In this document: positions 26,749 to 33,146 of the stretch, one piece after another
Layout: every line of letters begins with the position of its first letter
Position numbering within the stretch: position 1 is the stretch's first letter
From: Clostridia bacterium
Lineage (GTDB): Bacteria > Bacillota > Clostridia > UMGS1810
Direction of reading: 5' to 3'
Length of the DNA: 33,146 nt
Assembly: GCA_045543775.1 (NCBI GenBank)
Contig: JAZPXS010000345.1
Location: 1 to 33,146 of the forward strand
Translations under genes and position numbers: made by a program
The notes under the pieces: generated by a model
The model's database searches: none
Told to the model about the DNA's origin: nothing
What the model saw: only the letters and a program-made list of their open reading frames with translations

Positions 26749-27654
26749 CTACTGTTTCATATACTCCTCTACTTCCCGTTTGGACGGAATAGAATCCGCC
26801 GCTCCGGGACGTGAAACAGTAATTGCCGAAGCATTTGTTGCAAATATAGCTGCCTCCGCTATGCTCATCCCCTCACCCAGACAAACAAGAAAGGCTCCTA
26901 TAAAAGTATCTCCTGCAGCAGTTGTATCTACCGCCTTTACCTTGCGTGCCGGCGTGTGTTTTATATTTTCTCCGTCGTTATACACGCTTCCGTCTTTGCC
27001 AAGGGTGATAACAACCTGTGACAAGCCCTTGCCAAGAAGCACTTCCACTGCCTTTCCTGCACTGCAAAGGTCTACATCACATCCTGCAAGATATGCCGCT
27101 TCGTGTTCATTGAGAACGATAATATCTATGTAGCTATACATATCCTCGGGAATATCATATATGGGTGCGGGATTGAGCACCACCTTTTTGCCCAGGGATT
27201 TAACATACTTCATAGCTTCGAAAACGACATTCAAGGGGATTTCGAACTGAAAAACAACATAGTCCGATTTTTTTATTATATCTGCTTTGGATTTTATGTA
27301 CTCAAGAGTTACTTCCCTGTTTGCACCGTCGTCCAGAATAATGAAATTATCTCCGCCGACTACTGTTATCACCGCAACTCCGGTGTTGGTATCAGCCCTG
27401 TCTATGCCAATGGTATTGACTCCGTTTTTTTGGAGACTCTCTATACACATATCGCCATAGGCATCACTGCCTGCCAGGCCTATCATGGAAACCGCTTTTC
27501 CAAAATGTGCTGCGGCTATTGCCTGATTGGCACCCTTGCCTCCGAGACTGACACGGTATCCCGTACCCTTTACGGTCTCACCGATTTTCGGAACAGAGTC
27601 TACCGCTATGGAAATATCAGTATTGATGCTTCCTATTACAGCTATTGCTGACAT
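26749..27654 (-). CDS. rbsK: ribokinase (PfkB family)
   Basis: ORF track 26749..27663 (GTG). ATG at 27654 follows AAGAGG at 8 nt. Signatures LGGKGANQAIAAA and DTTAAGDTFIGAF are ribokinase-type. Confidence 0.8.
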   Translation of the reverse strand: MSAIAVIGSINTDISIAVDSVPKIGETVKGTGYRVSLGGKGANQAIAAAHFGKAVSMIGLAGSDAYGDMCIESLQKNGVNTIGIDRADTNTGVAVITVVGGDNFIILDDGANREVTLEYIKSKADIIKKSDYVVFQFEIPLNVVFEAMKYVKSLGKKVVLNPAPIYDIPEDMYSYIDIIVLNEHEAAYLAGCDVDLCSAGKAVEVLLGKGLSQVVITLGKDGSVYNDGENIKHTPARKVKAVDTTAAGDTFIGAFLVCLGEGMSIAEAAIFATNASAITVSRPGAADSIPSKREVEEYMKQ

Positions 27655-27655
27655 A

Positions 27656-28600
27656 TCACTCACCTCTTATGATATTATCAATATAGTATCTGCACAGCTC
27701 CCACATCTGTTTTGTGGAATCCTTCATATAATCGGTGAGCTCTGCACTGTCTCTGTTTCGTGCATAGTTTACGGTTTCTATCCCCTCAAGACACATACTG
27801 TATTTTGCAGTTAATGGATACGGCATTCCTATTTCGGTATAGCCCACAGTTCCTATAAGGTTTTGAACTATCTGTGCTTTTTCGGGATTCTCTCTGAAAT
27901 TATTGCAAAGCCACACATAAAGCTCAGGGTGGAAGTTACACATAATTCCGCAGTAACCGCTTCCTCCCGTCTGCAAAGACGAAAGAAGTGTCTGACAGTT
28001 TGCATTGAGAAGTCTGAAATGACTGCCTCTTATAATTTCGTTTCGTTCTGCAATAACTGCCGCATCACAGCAGGTGTCTTTCATATAATAGAATCTTCCG
28101 GTGTCAAGACACCACTTTAGTATCCTTGGTGTGACGAGTCTCTTGTATGGGGACGGACATTCGTAAAGTCCCAATTTAATATCCTTTGGAAGCTCTGAGA
28201 GAAGTCTCTTTGCATTGGCAATCCACACATCATCGCCCTCATTATTGATATCAAGGCGGTTTGTGATGAGTATGAGAGCATCAGTTCCGCTCTCTGCCAC
28301 CATATTGAGTTCCTTAATCTGGTCATCAATACTGTCGGAAACATGCCCGGAGGAAACAACAGTAAACGTTTTGCCGCTTTTCTGTTCTATCTCTTTTGCC
28401 TTGTTCCACACTACCGTGTTAAGCTTTATTCTCTCCTCAAGCGAGAGAAAGAATATCTCACTGGACTGGCAAATGGCAAAAACCCCGTTGCAGCCTTTAT
28501 CAAAATACCACTGCACATATTTTTCTGCAGTTTCATAATCTATGGTACCATCCTTTTTGTAGGGCGTAATCATAGTAGGAAATATGTCAAATTTGCACAT
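27656..28600 (-). CDS. DHDPS/N-acetylneuraminate-lyase family class I aldolase, atypical motifs
   Basis: 314 aa. CQSSEIFFLS sits in the place of the GTTGE/GSTGE motif, LYECPSPY in the place of the YN.P motif, and YYMKDTC carries the candidate Schiff-base Lys. The stop TGA lies 1 nt before the rbsK ATG. Confidence 0.65.
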   Translation of the reverse strand: MCKFDIFPTMITPYKKDGTIDYETAEKYVQWYFDKGCNGVFAICQSSEIFFLSLEERIKLNTVVWNKAKEIEQKSGKTFTVVSSGHVSDSIDDQIKELNMVAESGTDALILITNRLDINNEGDDVWIANAKRLLSELPKDIKLGLYECPSPYKRLVTPRILKWCLDTGRFYYMKDTCCDAAVIAERNEIIRGSHFRLLNANCQTLLSSLQTGGSGYCGIMCNFHPELYVWLCNNFRENPEKAQIVQNLIGTVGYTEIGMPYPLTAKYSMCLEGIETVNYARNRDSAELTDYMKDSTKQMWELCRYYIDNIIRGE

Positions 28601-28637
28601 AAATATACCTCAGCTCCTGAAATCCTATTGTAAATTA

Positions 28638-28666
28638 ATTATATCAAAACCGCTATTTCTCAACAA
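28638..28666 (-). promoter_or_regulatory. candidate promoter of the long minus-strand locus (weak -35, extended -10)
   Basis: Minus strand reads TTGTTG (28666-28661), 17-nt spacer ending TGA, TATAAT (28643-28638). The weak -35 lies directly next to repeats R1-R2, as expected for an activator-dependent promoter. Confidence 0.5.
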
Positions 28667-28670
28667 TACG

Positions 28671-28800
28671 CAAAAAGGACTTTATTTTATAAAAAAAGGA
28701 CAAACGTTCAAAAAACCATTTGGAAAGAAAAGTCAGTCAAAACCTGCATCTTTATACAAAAAACAGACCTTTTTTTATAAAAGACGGACATTTTATTGAA
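28671..28800. promoter_or_regulatory. four 21-bp-phased direct repeats, candidate AraC-family operator half-sites
   Basis: R1 caaaaaGGACtttattttata (28671-28691). R2 aaaaaaGGACaaacgttcaaa (28692-28712). R3 aaaaacAGACctttttttata (28759-28779). R4 aaagacGGACattttattgaa (28780-28800). Core spacing is exactly 21 bp within each pair. R1 abuts the operon -35 and R4 overlaps the regulator -35. Confidence 0.45.
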
Positions 28801-28824
28801 AACAAAAAAATTCTATGCTATAAT
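28796..28824 (+). promoter_or_regulatory. promoter of the AraC-family regulator gene
   Basis: TTGAAA (28796-28801), 17-nt spacer with TG at 28816-28817, TATAAT (28819-28824). A second gcTATAAT copy lies at 28827-28834. Confidence 0.6.
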
Positions 28825-28866
28825 TCGCTATAATGTTAGACCAGCATGAAAGGAGGGTATGCAGAT

Positions 28867-29724
28867 ATGTTGCTGTCTCAACCAAAAAACGCTTGCAAAC
28901 ACATTTCTTTTCCTTTCCTATCTGACGCATATAAAATATCATCATGCTGCTTTAAAAAGGAACACATATTCACAAGGTACACCCATGTCAACAGAAAGTT
29001 TCACCACCACTCTACCTTTGAAATACATTTTGTTCTTGATGGACGTCTGGTTTATGAAGCAGATGATAAAACCATAAATCTTGAAAAAGGACAGATACTT
29101 CTTTTGCTTCCAAAAACCAATCACCGCATTGTGGATGTTAGCGAAAAGGTGGTAAAGTGTTCCCTTATGCTCTCTTTTGGTGATACAAACAACAAGGCAA
29201 TACTCAAAAATATGTCAGGGCACAAGGTCTACAAGGGCAAAATTACCGAAGATATTTATGAGGGACTTCAATATCTGGCGGATGCAAAGCCAGCTTCAGA
29301 AGCAAACGGTCCCTTTACAGTAAGTGCCAAGGCATATGCACTTATTTGTTCGCTACCGTTCAGCTTCTTTGACTCCAAGATAGAAGATATGAACGATGAT
29401 ACTCCCGATGTTCGTCTTGCTGATGCAAAGCAATATATAAAAGACAATCTTGTGTTCAACATAACCTGCAACCAGGTTGCTCAGCACTGCTACCTTAGTG
29501 TTAAACAGCTATCCAGGATATTTCTTAAATACGAGGGAATTACCCTTATGCAATATATAACAAATGTAAAAACAGAAGCCGCGGAACAGCTCCTTATGGA
29601 CAGTGATATTTCCCTCAAGGAAATAAGCGAAAGACTTGGCTTCTGCAACGAATACTACTTCAACACGTTCTTTAAGAAAAATGCCGGAATGTCCCCCGGC
29701 GATTACAGAAAATCCTTCAGATAA
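28867..29724 (+). CDS. AraC/XylS-family transcriptional regulator (N-terminal cupin sensor, C-terminal double HTH)
   Basis: ORF track 28846..29724. The ATG at 28867 is preferred because GGAGG (28852-28856) lies upstream of it, whereas 28846 lies just after the predicted transcription start with no SD. The C-terminus QVAQHCYLSVKQLSRIFLKY...ISERLGFCNEYYFNTFFKKNAGMSPGDYR is canonical HTH_AraC. Confidence 0.85.
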   Translation: MLLSQPKNACKHISFPFLSDAYKISSCCFKKEHIFTRYTHVNRKFHHHSTFEIHFVLDGRLVYEADDKTINLEKGQILLLLPKTNHRIVDVSEKVVKCSLMLSFGDTNNKAILKNMSGHKVYKGKITEDIYEGLQYLADAKPASEANGPFTVSAKAYALICSLPFSFFDSKIEDMNDDTPDVRLADAKQYIKDNLVFNITCNQVAQHCYLSVKQLSRIFLKYEGITLMQYITNVKTEAAEQLLMDSDISLKEISERLGFCNEYYFNTFFKKNAGMSPGDYRKSFR

Positions 29725-29729
29725 ATAAC

Positions 29730-29780
29730 AAATCCTCCGCCTATGGCATAGTGCCATAAACGGAGGATTTTTTATTTTTT
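29730..29780 (+). terminator. intrinsic terminator after the regulator gene (probably bidirectional)
   Basis: Outer stem aaatcctccg (29730-29739) / cggaggattt (29761-29770). Inner stem atggca / tgccat. Followed by tttatttttt. It also lies downstream of the convergent 144-aa gene. Confidence 0.8.
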
Positions 29781-29867
29781 CAAAAAACACAAAAACAATT
29801 CCTATTTAATAGATATGTTATATGGGATATTTGGTAAATTACAGCAATTACGCTACCTCCGGGTTTT

Positions 29868-30302
29868 TTACAAAAATCTCCGTATATCCACCGCAAGCTT
29901 TTCTTCAAGATTTATAAGCCGTTTTGCCACATCCTTTGATACTTCGTCTGCGGCTTTGTACTTGTTAAGATACTTGTTGAGTGATTTGACACCCATATTG
30001 CAACCGTCTGTCATAAGATCGGCAACAGTCGCATCTGACTCATTCATTGCCAGCATCACATTTGTTTTTATCCACGACATCCCCTTTGCAATGGCAGCAG
30101 GCTCTTTTCCCTCATCATTGTACTTATCCAGAAGAGACTGAATTTCGCTATCGAGCTTGTTATGTTCATTTTTGCAGTCTGTGAGAATTTTTTCAAATTC
30201 CTTATCAGACACATTATCCAGCACCTCTTCGATGGAGGAAATGCCCATTTTTACTCCGGCATCACATTCTCTCAAAAGTTTAACGGTATCTTGTTCTACC
30301 AT
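29868..30302 (-). CDS. hypothetical all-helical protein (four-helix-bundle-like prediction)
   Basis: 144 aa. GGAGGTG SD 8 nt upstream. Heptad-like charged helical composition. Family not recognised with confidence. Confidence 0.55.
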   Translation of the reverse strand: MVEQDTVKLLRECDAGVKMGISSIEEVLDNVSDKEFEKILTDCKNEHNKLDSEIQSLLDKYNDEGKEPAAIAKGMSWIKTNVMLAMNESDATVADLMTDGCNMGVKSLNKYLNKYKAADEVSKDVAKRLINLEEKLAVDIRRFL

Positions 30303-30340
30303 AAAAAAATCACCTCCGGAATATTGTTTCTCCGAAGGTG
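30303..30340 (-). terminator. terminator-like hairpin plus U7 between the MATE gene and the 144-aa gene, sequestering the downstream SD
   Basis: Minus-strand RNA CACCUUCGGA (30340-30331) pairs with UCCGGAGGUG (30320-30311): 10 bp including one G-U, with a 10-nt loop. It is followed by AUUUUUUU and then the ATG at 30302. The 3' arm is the SD of the 144-aa gene. Confidence 0.5.
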
Positions 30341-30344
30341 GTTT

Positions 30345-31679
30345 TTATGCATTTATTATATACAAAGCTTTAAAACATCCTTTTATGTTTATCATTAAGG
30401 CTACTGATTCAAAAATCCAGGAAAACACCCACGCCCAATAAACACCGACCATTCCGTAGGGGGCCAGCACAAATGTGGCAATAATCCTTGACACAGAGCC
30501 AATGGCGGTAAATGCAACCAGATGCCCCATAGCCTTTATTCCCCTGAAAAAAGAATGAAACAGATTGTTTATTACATTAAAAACTATAAAAGGCAGGAAG
30601 AACTTTGCAAAGGTAACACAATAGTCAAGTGCCTGTCCCTCAAAACCGGAGGGAAAAAATACTCTGCAGAACTTTTCTGCAAATCCGACACTCACAATAA
30701 GGAACGGAGCAAGAAAAATAAGTGCCTGAATCAGTCCTACTCTTATTCCCTTTTTTATCTCACCGGTTTTTCCTGCGCCAACACACTGAGCTGTGTAATT
30801 AGTGAGAGTTTTGGATGAATTCTGATACACGCCTGCATTAATGTTGTATATCCTCATGGCAATGCTGTAAGCTGCTGTAGCACTGCTGCCTATGGAATTT
30901 ACTATGGGCGCCACAAGGATTGATGTCACATACATAACAGACTGCTGAACCATCACGGGAAGCGAAAAGCCAAAGGTCTTTTTTACACATCCAAAGGATA
31001 GTTTCACCCTATATTTATGTACTCCCAGCTCCCTGAAACATTTCCGGAGTTTGAAATAGTAGCATACGCATACTGCAAGTGCCGCAACAACCGAGGCTAT
31101 ACCAATACCAAGAACTCCAAGGTCGAATACGGTAACGCTGAGAATGTTTCCTGATATATTAATAATGGTAGACAAAACCGACATTCTGAGAGAATATCCG
31201 CTTATTCCAAGAGCGTGCATAACACTGATTCCGTAGTGGCTGAGCATAAAAAATCCAAAACCGCCTATGTACACCAAAAAGTATGTAAGTGCATCTTTGC
31301 GGATTGCATCATCCACCCTGAGCAAATCGAATATCAGATTTCTGAAAATTATTGAAATTATACTCACTGCAAGGGTAGCACATATAATAACCATTGCATT
31401 ATTGTATATATTTTCCTTGAGAGCACGGTAGTCCTTTGATCCGAAAAGGGTTGCGGTAAGCACAGATGCCCCCGTACCATAGCCCCAGAAAGCTGACGAA
31501 AAAAATGTTATGAGAGCCGATGTTGCTCCTATTGCTCCAAGCCCTGTTTCACCAAGATACTTCCCTGCTATTATCCCGTCAACAACATCGTACAGTTGTG
31601 ACAAAAGTCCCGACAAAACTATGGGTATTGCAAAAACCATAAAATTCTTGTAGATGTTTCCTTCTGTAAGATTTTTCAT
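30345..31679 (-). CDS. MATE family multidrug/metabolite efflux transporter
   Basis: 444 aa with about 12 predicted TM segments. The N-terminus GNIYKNFMVFAIPIVLSGLLSQLYDVVDGIIAGKYLGETGLGAIG is typical of MATE proteins. Confidence 0.85.
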   Translation of the reverse strand: MKNLTEGNIYKNFMVFAIPIVLSGLLSQLYDVVDGIIAGKYLGETGLGAIGATSALITFFSSAFWGYGTGASVLTATLFGSKDYRALKENIYNNAMVIICATLAVSIISIIFRNLIFDLLRVDDAIRKDALTYFLVYIGGFGFFMLSHYGISVMHALGISGYSLRMSVLSTIINISGNILSVTVFDLGVLGIGIASVVAALAVCVCYYFKLRKCFRELGVHKYRVKLSFGCVKKTFGFSLPVMVQQSVMYVTSILVAPIVNSIGSSATAAYSIAMRIYNINAGVYQNSSKTLTNYTAQCVGAGKTGEIKKGIRVGLIQALIFLAPFLIVSVGFAEKFCRVFFPSGFEGQALDYCVTFAKFFLPFIVFNVINNLFHSFFRGIKAMGHLVAFTAIGSVSRIIATFVLAPYGMVGVYWAWVFSWIFESVALMINIKGCFKALYIINA

Positions 31680-31905
31680 AAAAGTGCCTCATTCTCAAAA
31701 ATTATCAAGTCCGTAACAGTTGTTCTGTCAATATACGCCCTCTGTTTGAGCGATATTTTGATACAAAATAAATTCCTTTCATTCCTCCGAAGCTCATTCC
31801 GATAATTACACATTTTTTGCTCACACCAAATCTTTCGGTCATATATGCAGCCGGTTCTTTCCTCGCTTCCGTATCCGATGGGTGATGCCATTCTCAGTAT
31901 GGAAA

Positions 31906-31933
31906 ATTATAACCTCTCTTCCATTTAATTCAA
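31906..31933 (-). promoter_or_regulatory. candidate promoter for the MATE gene, giving a leader of about 220 nt
   Basis: Minus strand reads TTGAAT (31933-31928), 16-nt spacer, TATAAT (31911-31906). Confidence 0.45.
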
Positions 31934-31970
31934 ATAGTTTTAGTTTATTGTCTCCCACATTAAATACTTT

Positions 31971-32112
31971 TTAGGGACTGCAAAAAAGTCACCGTTTGAC
32001 GGAAACTGCCAAACCCTGCAAAAATGATATACCTCTAAATGAATTATACCTGTATTTTGCAGGGAATGATGCTTGCCGACATTCCGAAACAGACTTTTTT
32101 TACAGTCCCTAA
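31971..32112. repeat. about 142-bp nested inverted-repeat element (long closing stem plus internal hairpins) just downstream of pnp
   Basis: Arms ttagggactgcaaaaaagtc (31971-31990) and gactttttttacagtccctaa (32092-32112) pair over about 20 bp. Inner 10-bp stem ccctgcaaaa (32014-32023) / ttttgcaggg (32055-32064). Small stems ccgt/acgg (31992-32002) and ggaatg/cattcc (32063-32085). Confidence 0.6.
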
Positions 32113-32137
32113 ATAAATTACATTATAATCTTATATA

Positions 32138-33146
32138 TTATTCCTGTTCTGCATTAAGCTCTGCAAGAGCATCTTTTCTGGAAAGGTTGTTTCTGCCCAT
32201 TTTGTCAATTTCCACGAGTTTAACCATAATTTCGTCACCCTCGCTTACTACATCCTCAACCTTGTTTACTCTCTTGTTGTCAAGCTTGGAGATGTGTACA
32301 AGACCTTCACGGTTAGGCATAAATTCCACAAAAGCACCGAATTCCATTATCTTTGTAACCTTGCCCTTATAGATTTTGCCGACTTCGGGCTCTGCCACAA
32401 TGCCCTCGATTGTTTCCAGAGCTCTGTTTGCAGCTTCTGTATCCTCAGAAAGGATGAATACGGAGCCGTCGTCGTTAATATCAATCTTAACTCCTGTATC
32501 TGCAATAATCTTCTGGATTACCTTACCGCCTGTACCGATAACATCCTTAATCTTTTCCACAGGTACCTTGGTGGTAATAATCTTGGGAGCATACTTGGAA
32601 AGCTCACTTCTTACTTCGGGAATAGCTTTGAGCATTACTTCATCTAAGATATAGTTTCTTGCAACTCTTGTCTTTTCAAATGCTTCCTTGATTATATCGT
32701 AGGTGAGACCGTCTACCTTGATATCCATCTGAATTGCTGTGATACCTTCCTTGGTACCTGCAACCTTAAAGTCCATATCGCCGTAGAAATCTTCCACACC
32801 CTGAATATCTACCATTGTTATAAAGTCATCATCCTTGGTTACAAGACCGCAGGAGATACCTGCAACGGGAGCCTTGATGGGAACACCTGCATCCATAAGA
32901 GCCAATGTGCTTCCGCATACGGAACCCTGTGATGTGGAACCGTTGGAGGAAAGTACTTCAGATACAAGTCTTATTGAATATGGGAATTCCTCTTCGGAGG
33001 GGATTACAGGCTTAAGAGCTCTTTCTGCCAATGCACCGTGACCGATTTCTCTTCTTCCGGGACCTCTGGAGGGCTTTGTTTCGCCAACAGAGTATGAGGG
33101 GAAGTTGTAGTGGTGCATATATCTCTTTGAGGTTTCCTCATCTATA
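32138..33146 (-). CDS. pnp: polynucleotide phosphorylase, C-terminal part (second RNase PH domain, KH, S1); 5' end lies outside the window
   Basis: The frame is open to the window edge (..[23 protein letters not shown]..). KH motif [13 protein letters not shown]1 domain [15 protein letters not shown]...GLVHISKL. Confidence 0.9.
   Translation of the reverse strand, partial: IDEETSKRYMHHYNFPSYSVGETKPSRGPGRREIGHGALAERALKPVIPSEEEFPYSIRLVSEVLSSNGSTSQGSVCGSTLALMDAGVPIKAPVAGISCGLVTKDDDFITMVDIQGVEDFYGDMDFKVAGTKEGITAIQMDIKVDGLTYDIIKEAFEKTRVARNYILDEVMLKAIPEVRSELSKYAPKIITTKVPVEKIKDVIGTGGKVIQKIIADTGVKIDINDDGSVFILSEDTEAANRALETIEGIVAEPEVGKIYKGKVTKIMEFGAFVEFMPNREGLVHISKLDNKRVNKVEDVVSEGDEIMVKLVEIDKMGRNNLSRKDALAELNAEQE

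Noticed and set aside
31680-31900. A known riboswitch (guanidine/ykkC, PRPP, ZTP, c-di-GMP, fluoride, Mn, preQ1) in the MATE leader.
   Set aside because: None of the conserved core sequences I remember for these classes is present. Only generic small hairpins are seen. It is left as a low-interest finding rather than a feature.
1-33146. Scan for CRISPR arrays, rRNA/tRNA genes, IS elements/transposases, integrases, toxin-antitoxin pairs and recognisable phage-defence genes.
   Set aside because: No regularly spaced direct repeats, no transposase, integrase or recombinase-like ORFs, and no nuclease/ATPase/methylase defence-type ORFs were seen. All large ORFs are accounted for by the carbohydrate locus and housekeeping genes.

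Overview
AT-rich, Firmicutes/Clostridia-like chromosomal fragment (GGAGG-type ribosome-binding sites, SLH cell-wall anchoring domains). No rRNA, tRNA, CRISPR array or mobile element was seen. The window is dominated by one co-directional minus-strand carbohydrate-utilisation locus (about 1214-28600, 18 genes plus one possible small ORF). It is faced by a divergently transcribed AraC-family regulator gene (28867-29724). In transcription order the locus encodes a DHDPS-family aldolase, ribokinase, two CUT1-type ABC permeases and a lipoprotein solute-binding protein. A six-gene block of secreted or surface proteins follows: two tandem ~1000-aa SLH-anchored paralogues with a CBM-like module and an unassigned TIM-barrel-like domain, two further SLH proteins, and two paralogous LamG/Big_5-like proteins. 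After an internal terminator/promoter come cytoplasmic enzymes: esterase, ConA-like protein, GH28, opine-dehydrogenase-family protein, ceramidase-N-terminal-like protein, amidohydrolase and ribulokinase. Flanking genes are a small membrane protein, a Dabb stress protein, a helical hypothetical protein, a MATE efflux pump and the 3' part of pnp. The best candidate for an undescribed system is the surface block at 9574-23226: SLH-anchored proteins whose enzyme family I cannot assign by eye, coupled to an ABC importer and an unusual catabolic gene set. All family calls rest on motif recognition by eye and no searches were run.
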